A DNA stretch of 64,000 nt from Salpingoeca rosetta (GCA_033442325.1 JAWQFM010000034.1:416293-480292), one strand, 5' to 3'; shown: positions 21,467-51,199, counted from the first letter of the stretch. Numbers and translations: made by a program. Notes: generated from the letters alone by a model not told the origin.

Positions 21467-23647
21467 TCAGTCGTCAGCACAGCACACGACAGCGCGCGTG
21501 CGCTGGGGCTTCGTGCAGGAAAACCGGACACGCGCCTTCTTGAACCGCGCCGTCTGCACGTGGTTCTTGCGGCGTACACATGGTGTATCTGTCCAGAAGC
21601 GGTCACGGTTGTGTCGCGGACACGTGCGGCTGGGCGGTGTTACGGCAACTTCCTCCACCGTGCACACGCGCGCGCCAACGCCCTCGCACGTGCGGGCGAC
21701 CTTGTTCTGCTTGCGCCGGCGACACCACCCTGTTCGGTCAATTGCCGTTGCCAAGCACACCCCCCGATAGGACGTCCACCCAAGCTCGCTGCACGTCTTC
21801 TCGCTCAGACCAGTGCGGTTCGCTGTGGTTGTTGTTGTCGTTGTTGTTGTTGACGTGGTGGTGGTTGTTGTTGTCGTGGTGGTTGTTGTTGTCGTTGTGG
21901 TTGTTGTTGTAGTTGTCGTTGAGGTTGTTGTGCTGGTTGTGGTTGTTGTTGTTGTCGACTGCGAGGCGAGCACCGCGCCGCGTGCTGCCGCCGTTGCGTA
22001 GAGCGTGGGCCGGCGCAGTCGCATCAGCTCCCGCATGCGCAGCCGCTGCAGCGGCGTAAACCGCGTCACACACGCGTCCGTCGAGTAGTCCATAAAGTTC
22101 CATATTGCGTCAAGGCCCGGCGCATTGGGGCACGTGTCGCGCTGTGCAGGGCACCCCTGTGTTGCCGTCTTCTGCAGCGGCGTGTCTGCAATCTCATCGC
22201 CGCTCGCCTCGCTGCACACGCCGCGGCTGAACGTGTGCAGGAGCCCAAAGTAGTGCCCAGCCTCGTGCACGGCCGTGTCACCTTCGCCATACCACGTCAG
22301 CCGCCCGCCAGGGAGCGAGTTGTGGTCCACGAAGATGGCGTGCTGCTTGCTCGTCTCCGCAAAGTCGTTTGGAAACACCGCAAAGCCAAGGATGCCGTTG
22401 CCAGGGCTACACGTGAACACGTTGAGCGTGGTGGCGGGGTCAATCACGTGCGCGTTCTTGATGTCTCTCGCGGCGTCTGGGTTGCCGCACGTCGTGTACA
22501 GGGCGTCGCTCGCCACATAGTTGACGCCGCGCAGTTCAAACTGCATGCCAATGTCCACCGCGTCTGCGTCGCCCGTCCGCCCCCTAAACGCGTCAGACAT
22601 GACTTCCACCTGCGCCGCGATGGTGGCGGCGTCCACCCGGCCAGTGCCGTCTGCAGCGTGCAGCACATGGAAGATGACAGGCACCACCAGCAGCGGGCTG
22701 GCATCGGGATCGCCACCACCACCACCGCCGCCGCCGTTGTTGGTGCTGCTGCCTGCTCGGCGGGGTCGCTGTGCTGCGCGGAGCATGGCCTGTGTCGCCG
22801 CCTCCTCTTCTGCAGACACGTTGCGCGTGCCGCATCGCACCAGCGCAGACGCGTCAACAGCGGTGTTGGCGGAGGTGGACAGCGGCGGCGATGGCCCCGC
22901 ACCGGCGCGTGTCGTCGTCGTTGCTGCCGGTGACGCTGCACCCGTGTCCGTGTCCTGTGCCACGTGTAACGGCAGCGGCGATGACGATGATGACCAGGGG
23001 TAGAACGCTACCCTGTCTCGTACAGACACGTCCTCATCGCCATCATCATCATCGTCGCTGCGGTTGCTGCCACCATCATCATCATCGTCCGCATCGTCGT
23101 CATCCGCATCGCTGTAGTTGCCGTAGTAATCTTCGTAATTTTCGTAGTCATCGCTGGAGTAATCGTTGTCATCGTCATCGTTGTAGTAGTCATCATCGTC
23201 GTCAAAGTCATCGTCGTCATTGCGCACGGCATAGTCATTGATCCCACCATCACCAGCACTGTCGTCGTTGCTGAGGTGGGGCGTCAAGCTCTTGCGGTCT
23301 CGACTGAATGGGTTCTCATCCGTGCCCTGTGCTGGCGGTGGTGATGATGACGATGATGATGATGATGATGATGATGAGACTGGTAATGGTGGTGTTGGTG
23401 AAGGTACTCTTGCTGGCGATGGTGGTGTTGGTGAAGGTACTCTTGCTGGCGATGGTGGTGTTGGTGAAAGTACTCTTGCTGGCGATGCTGGTGGTGCTGC
23501 TACCCCTGTGTCGATCATGTGCTTGTCCTGTGCCCGCTCCAGAGGAGCAGCGCTGGCGATGAATGCGCCGTCTCGCTGCCGCTGTGTGTGGGACATTGCC
23601 AGGAGGAAGGCAACAATCACGGCCACAAAGGAGAAAGGAGGCCGCAT
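21467..23647 (-). CDS. Secreted M43 (pappalysin/ulilysin-type) zinc metalloprotease with acidic propeptide, Thr-rich linker and C-terminal 10-Cys module; single exon
   Basis: Signal peptide MRPPFSFVAVIVAFLLAMS; cysteine switch RCGT; VPVIFHVL; ILGFAVFP; EGDTAVHEAGHYFGLLHTF (HExxHxxGxxH, 22267-22235); GDEIADTP; Met-turn NFMDYS.D.C..FTP.Q..RM. Confidence 0.92.
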   Translation of the reverse strand: MRPPFSFVAVIVAFLLAMSHTQRQRDGAFIASAAPLERAQDKHMIDTGVAAPPASPARVLSPTPPSPARVPSPTPPSPARVPSPTPPLPVSSSSSSSSSSSSPPPAQGTDENPFSRDRKSLTPHLSNDDSAGDGGINDYAVRNDDDDFDDDDDYYNDDDDNDYSSDDYENYEDYYGNYSDADDDDADDDDDGGSNRSDDDDDGDEDVSVRDRVAFYPWSSSSSPLPLHVAQDTDTGAASPAATTTTRAGAGPSPPLSTSANTAVDASALVRCGTRNVSAEEEAATQAMLRAAQRPRRAGSSTNNGGGGGGGGDPDASPLLVVPVIFHVLHAADGTGRVDAATIAAQVEVMSDAFRGRTGDADAVDIGMQFELRGVNYVASDALYTTCGNPDAARDIKNAHVIDPATTLNVFTCSPGNGILGFAVFPNDFAETSKQHAIFVDHNSLPGGRLTWYGEGDTAVHEAGHYFGLLHTFSRGVCSEASGDEIADTPLQKTATQGCPAQRDTCPNAPGLDAIWNFMDYSTDACVTRFTPLQRLRMRELMRLRRPTLYATAAARGAVLASQSTTTTTTTSTTTSTTTTTTTTTTTTTTTTTTTTTTSTTTTTTTTTANRTGLSEKTCSELGWTSYRGVCLATAIDRTGWCRRRKQNKVARTCEGVGARVCTVEEVAVTPPSRTCPRHNRDRFWTDTPCVRRKNHVQTARFKKARVRFSCTKPQRTRAVVCCADD
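23387..23493 (-). repeat. 33-bp coding tandem repeat (SPARV(P/L)SPTPP x3) in the protease propeptide
   Basis: Three near-identical 33-nt units seen directly. Confidence 0.9.
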
Positions 23648-24335
23648 GTCGACTGTTGCCTTAAAACGTACAAGGGTGAACAAAGGGGGGGGGCATGTGC
23701 ATGCATGAGTGAGGGTCGACGAGACAAAAGTGCTAGTGATGCTGGCGGTGGTGGTATTGGTGCTGGTGATGGTACTGGTGGTGGTGGTGGTGATGATGCT
23801 GCGTTGTTGGTGTGGGTTTTAGGGTACAAGCTACGCACACTCACACGCTCCCCCTCTCCTGTCGATGACATGTGGTCGATGCGCCCCATCTTGTACCCAC
23901 ACATGTTCATCCGAGCGCACATGCATGCACTCACAAGCACGCGCTGTTGCTCGCACACTGACCAAAACGCCAAAACGCGCTCGCCCGCCCACACGTACAT
24001 GAAAGCCAGCTGCTGGTGGTTGTTGTTACGGTGACCTCTCCTGTCGCAAGAGCCTAAATCGACGAATCTTGACTGTCGATGATCCTCGCTCACACCCTCC
24101 CTGGCCAGCATGCATGCGCCAAGAACACACAACGGACCGTGGCAAAGAGGCGACAGGCGTGCCAGTGAGTGAACGAAGAGAGGCAAAACAAGTGCACGCA
24201 GTCGTGTTTGCGGTGTGTTCTTGTGCGAGGCCGTGTTTGCTTCGGCGCATTTTCCGCCGATAATAAATTTGCATGGAATCACATGCGCAGCGAATCATTG
24301 TTTTTTTTGTGTGTGTGTTTTGCTGACATGAAACA

Positions 24336-25082
24336 ATGTCGATGCGGAAGGTGCTGCTGCTGGTCGCATCAACGCTGATGTGGCTGGCGGTGCTTGTGCT
24401 GTTGTCTTGGAGCGGGCTGTGCGTGGTGACGCTTCCGCTTGCTGCACAAGCTTCAATGGCAAGCAGCGGGATGGAGCTGCCAAAAACACACACAGCAATG
24501 CTCAATGTGAGCGACACACCTGGTGGTGGGTTGCGAGCATCGGCAGCGTTGAATGCAGACACACCGACGTTAGCAGCACGATCATCATCAGCAACAGACG
24601 CAGCAGCATTGACTGCACCAGCAGCACAGCAGCACGCGGCACGACGACGGTCGCTGTTGGCTGCGCCATCATCACCGCTGGCAGCGGGCTGGGGCGATGA
24701 GCTGCAACGGTGCCCCTCGGAGACGTGCCGGGTCGTGTTTGTGCACATCCCGAAGACCGGTGGCACGACGTTTATTCAGGCCATGGTGGCCTGGACGGCA
24801 CGGCGTAAGCTGTCGTTCTTGCGCTGCATGGAGCATGTTTCTGCCAAAACGTGTCACGGCTGGACAGCGAGGAGTGAGGCGCCTGCAGCCGCCAAGACGG
24901 TGGTGGACCCCGTTGTCGGCGCAGAGGTGGTCACCCACCGCCCTGGGCAGCAGCAGCAACAGCACGATGACGGTGGGCAGCACAGCAGCCCCATGTTTAG
25001 GGAAGTGGCTCCAGACATCGCGGGTGCTCGGGTCATCTTTGGGCACATGCCATTCGCAGCCCTTCCCCCTTCTCCTGGTGTG

Positions 25083-25129
<47 letters not shown>

Positions 25130-25871
25130 TTTGTTTGTATGCGTGTGTGTGTGTGTGTGTGTGTGTGTCGTTTGTGGTTTTTGTGTACATGCAACTGCCG
25201 TTCTTCTGCTGGTGTTGTGTTTTGTCCATATCCTGCCCACTTTTTCACATATGCACACTCACCTACGCACGTACGTGACATGCTCTCACCAACGCGCACC
25301 ACTCCCCCTCCCAACCCCCAACTCCCTACCTCACACACGCTCACACAGGAGTTGACACGGCATATGTGTCGGTGCTGCGTGAGCCCGTGTCACGGATCCT
25401 GTCGCACTTCAACTACGTGATGCCGCTGACGGGGTTTTCGTCGTGGTACCGGCGGCAGGTGCAGCACAAGGCGTGCAACCTGCAGGTGGCCTATCTTGCC
25501 GGCGTTGCTGGCAGCGGGCCGCTCAGCGTCGCCGACGGCCACTGCCACCGCGTGAACGAGACCCACCTGTGGCTTGCCTGCAAGCATTTGCGCAGCAACC
25601 TCTCCCTGGTGGGTCTGCACGACTTTCACCTGGATTTTGACAAGCAGTTCCTGTGCATGTTTGGCGGGATGGACGTGGAAGCGGCAGAGACGGTGCTTGC
25701 ACACCACGCCACCCCGCACGAGCACCGCGGCAAGCACCCGGCCCACTTTACCCCGCTCACGCTCTCCACCATCACCGACGACAGGCTCATCGAGCGGGTG
25801 TGTAGGTCGTTTGTATGTGTGTGTCTGTGCGTGTGTCTCTGTGTGTGTGTGTGTGTGTCAGTGCGTATCGG

Positions 25872-25903
<32 letters not shown>

Positions 25904-26858
25904 CGTATCGGTGTGTCAGTGCGTATCGGTGTGTACGTGCGTGTGTGTGTGTGTGTGTGTGTCTATCTGTCTGTCTGCCTGTGCGCGTGTGTGTGTTGTG
26001 TCTGTACTTCTGTTATTTTTGTGTGCAAACGTGTGTTAGTCTCTGTGCGTCTGTTGAGAATGGATGCCACTTGGACAACCGTCATGCAAGCCCTCCTCAC
26101 CTCACCCCCCCCCCATTCTCACCAACCCCCAACCCCAACCCCCACCACCTCCACCTCCACCTCCACCTCCACTCTCCCCCACCACCGCCACCACTGACCC
26201 GCAGGTCTTTGAGGACAACCTGCTTGACGTGATGCTGTATCTGTATGCGGCAGTGCTGCTGGGTCGCCTCCCACCAGACCGCTACGAAACACCACCGCAG
26301 CCCAGCGTGTCGCATGCAGAGCCGCATGCACAGCCACACGCACAGCCGCACGCACAAGCACACGCACAAGCGCCGCCTCTGGGCGAGTCTGCTGCGTGCG
26401 CGCGTGCACGGCGCTTTCGCCCCCCTGCCGGATCCCCGGGCCCATCGTTCTCGGTCCTGGACGTGCTCATCAACGACACGTCTGAGACTAGCACCGGTGA
26501 CCGTGACAACGATGGCAGTAGCAGGGGTGATGGTGGCAACAGTGACAAGAGTAGCAGCGACACCGGTGACCGTGACAACGATGGCAGTAGCAGAGGTGAT
26601 GGTCGTACTGAGATTGGCTACCGCCGCCATGGCGACGCTTCTCAGCCAGGCAATCCCCACCACACCCACCACTACCACAGTGCGCCACCGCCACCACCAC
26701 CGTCACCACCACCAGCGCAGGATCAGGTGCGGCTGCGATCGTCATTGTCGCGACAGGAGGCGCTGCTGCATCGCCTCTACACGCGTGCCCTGCAGTCCGA
26801 CCTCTTCCTCGCCCTACTCAGGCACAACAACAGCAACAACAGCAGCAACAATGCTTGA
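24336..26858 (+). CDS. Type II membrane (Golgi-type) sulfotransferase, Sulfotransfer_2-like
   Basis: Exons 24336-25077, 25349-25797, 26205-26858, phase-consistent. N-terminal hydrophobic anchor [22 protein letters not shown], 5'-[23 protein letters not shown], 3'-[39 protein letters not shown]. Confidence 0.88.
26492..26603 (+). repeat. Direct duplication (~43 bp, period 69) encoding [14 protein letters not shown] x2
   Basis: Copies at 26492-26534 and 26561-26603 differ by one base. Confidence 0.9.
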
Positions 26859-29800
26859 TGAAGGTGCTTGCTGCTGCTGGATCGATGATGCGTCGAGTGA
26901 TTCAGCGTCGGTGTTGGTGATACGGCGAACGTGGCGTGGTGTGTGTGTGTGTGCTGCTGTGTGCGGCATGATGTGTGGCGCGGAGTGATGTGAGACGTGA
27001 CATGACAGACAACCCATGGCGAGTCACATCAAATCACAACACATGTCACCTCACAACACATCTCACAACACATGCGAACCCTAACTTGAGACCCTGACTG
27101 ATGTTTGGCCAGACAATAAAAAGGACCCATGACTCAAGCAAGATGTGCCAGCTACACACCAATCTCACGCGAGTTCACACACGACTGAGAAGCAGAGTGC
27201 AAAGGCAACAAACAAGCCAGCCAGCGAGTGCAGCAAGGCAAAACGAGTCAGCCAGCCCAAACGCTTTCGCGCAGCAGCAAGCACAGCATGCGCAACATCG
27301 CCGACAGATTGGACCACGGCCCCACTCCAGCGCTCGCCGTTTGCGTGCATGCAAAACAACCACTTCGCACCCACCCTCACCCAGCCACGCTCACGACCGG
27401 CACACAGGCCTCCTTTCGAAAACGACAACAGGCCAACCCGTGTGTTGGACACAGGTGTCATCACGCCACACTCACCCACTTGCCCACAACAGCAACACAC
27501 TTCCGCACAAAAACCCACCCTTCCCATCCAAGCAAAACCCGCCAAGCCGCCAACGCGCAGGCCAGCCTGACCATCAAACAAGTGCAAGCATGACCAGGCT
27601 GATGGCTTTGGGAATCAAGACGAAACGGGTCAACTTGCTTCATTTTTCAACCACCCACCAAGAAGCCAACACACTCTATGTCAAGGCAACGACCTCACAC
27701 TTGCCCCACCCCGTTTTGAGCGTATCAACCTTGCGTCAGGCTCGTTTAACCCCAACCCGTTTCGCACACACAAACACACGAACACACACACGCACATGCA
27801 ACAACGACAACAACATACCTGCCTTGATGCCTTCGCCCCACACGATTTCTTGTGCCTTGTGTCGAGGTTTGTTGCCCCCTTTGTCCCGTCCCCACTAAAG
27901 AAGCTCGGCGAACACAACGAATTCCGCCCCCCAAAGTCTTGCTCGCCTTGCTTCCTTGTTGCTTGGCCTGCCTTGCCTTCTTGGGTCGCCCACACAAAGC
28001 GCCCAAGCGCCTGCTGCCCAACACAACCAACAACAACTTTGCAGTGTGCATGCGTGTGTAGGTGGTGGTTGTGAGCCTTGTGTGGGTAGAGGCCGCTTGC
28101 TTGCTTGCTTGTTGCTTTGTTGTGTATGTGTGTGTGTGAGGTTTGGTTTTCGCGTGCTCTCTTTCTTTGTGGGGTGTGCAGCGCCAGCTGGCCTCTAGGC
28201 CCATTCACTTGTCACTTCACACTTCGCAACACAGACGCATCTTTTGGTCGTCTGAGCTTCTCCAACCCTTTCATTGCCTTCACCACCTTCCTTCTCGGTT
28301 GCCCTCCAGAGCAACCTCTCGCTTCAGCAGCTCGCGCTCGAGTCGTTGTCGTGTCTTTCATCTTTTCATGCATGTCTTCATTTCTCCTTTCCAGTCACAC
28401 AGCCATCATCAATCAGCACACCACCGCTACAACACCAACACCAACACCAACATTCCAGCAGCCTTCTGGCTCGCTCGCCAAGCGCATTCTTGCTCCAGCT
28501 CATCAAATACAGTCTTCAACTCGTCCGTCCCCCCCCCCCCCCCACAACACAACGAGCAAGCCAGGTAGGTTGGTGAGCGTGCCCGCCTCCCCACTTCCAG
28601 CCGCCTTGCCTTCGCCAGCGCCTTCGAGCTTGCCTACACAGACTACCTACGACACATCAAGGAACGGTGTTCAGGCGTACACATCATCACAACAACACCA
28701 ATAGCACATCTCATCCAAAGACACCCCCAAGCACCACAACATGCTCTAACGGAAGGAAGTGCGCTGCGTGATCAACACAATACAACATCCAACAGCACAG
28801 CAGAATCACCAATCGACGTACCAGCCTGTACCGACGGCGACGGCAACCCAAGCAGGACAACAACGCCTATTGAAGTGTTGACTGCCCCCACCCAAGCAGA
28901 CTGCGAAGGTACTGACTTTGCCAAAGGAAAAGGGATGTGATGTGACTATGTGACGAGTCGCATCAACACACCACGACATTCGTGTGCTTCCTTCCTTCCT
29001 TCCTTCCTATCAGTATCTTCCCGACATATACAACTCGTTAACTTCGCCCCCTTGCTTGCCCTCTTTGTAATGTGGATTCTTGGCACCTAGTAGCACCTCT
29101 GCACTTGAATCATATGATGTGGCATGATGACTTTGTTGGCAGGTCTTCTCTCTGCTTTCTGTCAGTTTCGAAACTCACGCCCTTTCCCTCAAGGCCTCTG
29201 ACGTCAGAGCCCATATCCGCTCTTGCGGCCATATTTCACGTTCTCGCTGCCTCATCTTCCCAATCTGCCCTTTGTCTGCCACACTTTCCCCCTGATGATG
29301 ACATGACTGCCAGGCTGAAGTTGACGTAATCCTCGCAAGAACCTGCAAGCGGGCGCAAGCCAGTGCAAAAACCCAGCGAGCAAAAGGTGGCTGCCTCCTT
29401 GTGTGTGAATCACGTTACTGGGGCTCTCACCCCTCGCTCCCTCCTCGCACTTGTCAATCGAACACAATCGATGCAACGAGAAAGCAAAGCACACACAAAA
29501 CACGGAGGCGGTCCTCAAACGAGGCTTGCTTGCTTTCTTCCTTTGCTTCCTCGCGTCCGTGCTCACCCACCCTTCCTTTTTTAAAACCCCCCGTTTGTGC
29601 CTCCTGCACCACTTCAAGGCAACAGTGTTGTGTGGGAAACACGCCCTGTTCCTTGTGCGCCTTCCCTTTCGCGTCGCTTGCAAGGTTCGTGCTTTGTCAG
29701 GCTGCCAGGTGCTTCCTCTGCAACATACATGATGTGCCAGTGTGCACTGCAACCTGCGGTCATCGTGGCGCACACTTGCTGTTCCCGTGTTTCCCGCCCA

Positions 29801-30811
29801 CTCTTGAGTCCTCAGCGCCACCACAAGCAAATACGTGTTCACCACACAATCACTCACACTCTCACTCACTCGCACTCACAAACACAAACACACACACACA
29901 CACAACACACTCACTTACTCACTCACTCGCACTCGCACTCACAAACACAAACACACACACACAACACACTCACTTACTCTCTCATTCACTTAATCATACA
30001 CAACACACCCTCTCTCTTTATCTTGTGTCTCTGAACACACACGCGTACGCTCACATGTGCGCACACTTTCGCACAAACACTCCTTTGGCCATCACTGTAT
30101 TACGTCATCTTCGTTTTGGTGCAACAACAGCCCTTCTTGCAGCCTCTAACACACGTGACTTCTTTGGCGTCTAGTCTCTTTATTGTGTGGCGTGCTTGCC
30201 CATCTCTGCGATTGAGTGGTCTCCCGAGGCCGCCAAGCTACGCACCTCTTCCTCCTAACAGCAGGTTTGTTCCGCCGTTCCACCTGTTCCCTCTCTTGCC
30301 CTCCTCTAGTGGTCGTGGCACGAGCAGCGTTTTCCTAGTTTTTGTACCCACGCCTGCAGCCGCATTTCTGTGCACCATGCTGTCGTTCACTGACGTCCAG
30401 CTTTTTGACTGTTCACACTGATCATGTGATGTGAGCACACCAAGACAAGCGCGCAGTGTCGTGCTTCCCTTTGTTCTCTCATTTCCTCAGTGCTGTGGTA
30501 GCCTCGGCTCCTCTCCGTCGTATGCTAATTTACCATCACAACCATCACCCACTACACACTGTGCACGCATGCGCACTGGTGCTGACTTCAATAGACACCA
30601 GCCCTTTCAGGCTTTCACTCCCTTTCCCCCTGCCCATCAGGTACTTGTGTGTCTGTTTGTGTGACAGTGAGTGTGCCTGTGCGTGTTTGTGAGTGTGCCT
30701 TTGTCTTTGTCTGTTTGTGAGTGTGCCTGTGTCTTTGTCTGTTTGTTTGTTTGTTTGTTTGTTTGTGTGTGTGTGTGTGTGTTTGTGAGTTAGCCTGTGC
30801 CTGTGTCTGTT

Positions 30812-30869
<58 letters not shown>

Positions 30870-31307
30870 CATCTGTCTCTCCCTATGTGTCTCTGCCTGT
30901 GTCTCTGTCTGTGGGTCCGTGTGCGTATGCATAGCACATGTTCGTGCGAGTGTGTATGCTTGTGCATGTGTCGCTACGTCTGTGTTCAAGCCGCAGTTAT
31001 GTGTTTCTTTTTGCCTCTTCCCAGTGGCTCAGGTCTGTGTCCGTGCACGTGTCCGTGCGCACATTGTCGTGATTACCAGCTCTGTGCGTACCCGGCCTTC
31101 GTTAGCATTTTTTCTTCGCCCAAGGTCCTCACTGTCTCACACCGCGTCTCTTACACACTCCACCCCTACATTGGCAGACGTTGTTGAGCCGCATCACCAG
31201 CACTGCGGCAGACCCAGCTTTGCGTCGCAAGGCATGCATGCTGCTCTGGGACAATCGCATGTACGTATGACTTGTCACGCTTTCTACAACAACCAACACC
31301 ACTAGCC

Positions 31308-37464
<6,157 letters not shown>

Positions 37465-38725
37465 CAACCACGAGCGCACGCGTTTGGGGCGTGCTTGCCA
37501 CAACAATTTATTTGACTTGAGGTGATGTACTTGATTGTACGGGAGGGCGTGGGCACCTTGGCCCATGTCGACAGTATTCCTTTTGTTGTTGTTTTCGTGT
37601 GCGCATGCTTGCAGGCACGCAGGTAGGCAGCTTGGTTTGCGTGCTTGTTGTTTCGTGTACTCGACTTCCGCACTACTGCCGCACCCCACACGCGCCACCA
37701 TGTACCAGCACATTAGCTTCTCCACGTTGCCCCTCGTCATTATCGCTTCGTTTACAATCCCCACTGTTAGGGCTATTCGTTTGTACACCCACGCGTTATT
37801 GCGCATGCGCACTTGCGTTCATTCTTCTTCTGTTTTTGTTTGCTAGGCGCTGACCGCCCCTTGACTGCCCCCCCCCCAAATTGATCACTGCTTCTCCTCT
37901 AGTTCCCACAACTTTGGTGGCATACTCGTTGCTTGTCTGGGTTGCTGTTTTGTCCTCCTGCCACCTGTTTAACTTGCTTAGCGTCTCTCTTGACTTCATT
38001 AGCATGTGTGGATTTCGCCTTTGTTTCCTTCCCCCCCCCCCATTTCCGTCTCGGCGTTTGGACCATTCGTTCGGACCATTATTCCTCCCATGCCCCCCGC
38101 CTTTGCCTCTCTTCCACCATTCCCCCTGTTCTTGACGCCACTCATCTTGTGTTGGCGTTGTGTGATGATGATGATGATGATGGTGATGATGACATGGGTG
38201 ACTCGTCGCACTTGCTGGCATACGCCATGCGCATCTGTGCCCTGTCTTGCTTCGGTCAAACATGTAGTCACTTCGTTCTTAGTATCATTTCCTTGCAACC
38301 AATGCGATGTCGTTCACGCCGTCTTATCGTTCATCCGCGTGCATCTGCGTATCGTTGTGTATGTAGTCGAGCACGTGACGTGTGAGCCTCTGTGTATGTG
38401 CACATGTATTCATGCTCTCCTTGTTGCCCACTGTTGTTGGGGCGTTGCTCATCGCTTCATCGCTTTGTCTCAGACTGCTTGTCCTGCCCCTTTTCTTTCT
38501 TGACACGCCTGTCGTCTCGTCGCTCGACAATAATGCATCATCTTGTCCTCAAGAACAGCAAGACAGCAGCAGTCGGGGGGTGATGTGTGGCCTTGGTTGT
38601 AGAAATGTGGTTGGCAGACTGGCGAATTATCCGCACTGATAACGGCAAGCGGCAGCGAGTGCAGCGAAGCGACAGTGAGACAGCAGCGTGAGCATTGGAA
38701 GCTCGAGAGAGAGAGAGAGAGCGAG

Positions 38726-45153
<6,428 letters not shown>

Positions 45154-45362
45154 CGCACACACGCGTCTTTGCCTGTCTGTCTGTTTGTCTGTGTGTATTT
45201 CGAGTTTCGTGTGTCTCCCTGTGTTTCGTGTGTGTTTTGTGTGAACGAACAACTACCAGTTGGTCTTGCTTGCTTGCAAATATAAAGTAACGACCACGTT
45301 TGTTAAAACCACACGAAACAACAAAAACGCATTCTAACAAAAGTGGTGAACTGCGCATCTTC

Positions 45363-45411
<49 letters not shown>

Positions 45412-45442
45412 TGGTTGTAGCTGCTGGTGAATCGTCATGACG

Positions 45443-50273
<4,831 letters not shown>

Positions 50274-50664
50274 GATCCTGTGCGTCTGTTGGGAGCAGGA
50301 GGCACGAGAGAGTCTCTGTCTGTGTCTCTGTCTGTCTCTGTCTGTGTCTCTGTCTCTGCTTTGCGTTTCGTCTCCCAACAACAACTTTTCCATAATTTGA
50401 TGTGAATGCTGACAATGTGCTGTTGTGTTTGTGCACTCGTTCAACCCCCCCCCCTCCCCTTCTTGCCTCACTTGGTTTGCTTGCCTGGTGTCACACTCGG
50501 TTGGTTCATTGGTTCGCTTACACACCGCCACGCACCAGGCACCCACACGTCCATACATGGAATCCAGCAATACAAGCGTCCATGCATCCATCCATTCACC
50601 CACCATACACACACCCATCCATCCATCAACCATACACACACAGCAACCGTACTTGCACCCCACA

Positions 50665-51155
50665 TCACGCCTTGCCATCACCATCACCGTCGTCGTCGTC
50701 GTCGGGTTGGAAGAGTGCACGGCTCAACTTCGCACCAGACGCATCCGGGGCATCAGCAGCCCGCCGCCGCTGGGGTGGTGATGGTGATGGTGGTGGTGGA
50801 AGCAATGTGATGACAGGTGAGGTGGTGTTGATGGGGGTGATGGTTGGTGGTCACGATGCTGGGTGATGGTAAGCAGTGCGTGGTGCAAACACGTGTGGTG
50901 GTGGTGGTGCGAGCACAAGAAAGGCAACAACAACCTGTCCACGCCAGAATCACACCAGAATCACACAACAAGCTCGCCTCACCTTGGCGGACACGTCTGA
51001 CTTTGAAGGCTTGGCCCCAGCATCCCCCTCCTTCTTCTCCTTCCCATCACCATCATCATCACCGCCACCGCCACCACCACCGCTGCCACTCGGCAGTGGC
51101 AGCAGGTGTGGCGGTGTTGGGCCGGGGGCTTTGCTGAAGTACGCATGCTTCAACG

Positions 51156-51199
<44 letters not shown>

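Noticed and set aside
27101-28704. ORFs of 265 aa and 199 aa in the long intergenic region
   Set aside because: No recognisable motifs, non-coding-like composition and no convincing exon chain.
29124-29201. Possible C/D-box snoRNA (ATGATGA...CTGA) with CTTTCCCTCA complementary to an LSU rRNA segment
   Set aside because: The complementary stretch is not adjacent to the D box, the terminal stem is minimal, and such boxes arise by chance in (GAT)n-rich DNA. It would need snoscan or small-RNA data.
50724-50942. ORF-track frame ending [13 protein letters not shown] as the CDK7 last exon
   Set aside because: The acceptor at 50770 gives KRRR...KLSRALF, matching the CDK7 C-terminal pattern (KRKR...KKLIF), so that frame was preferred.
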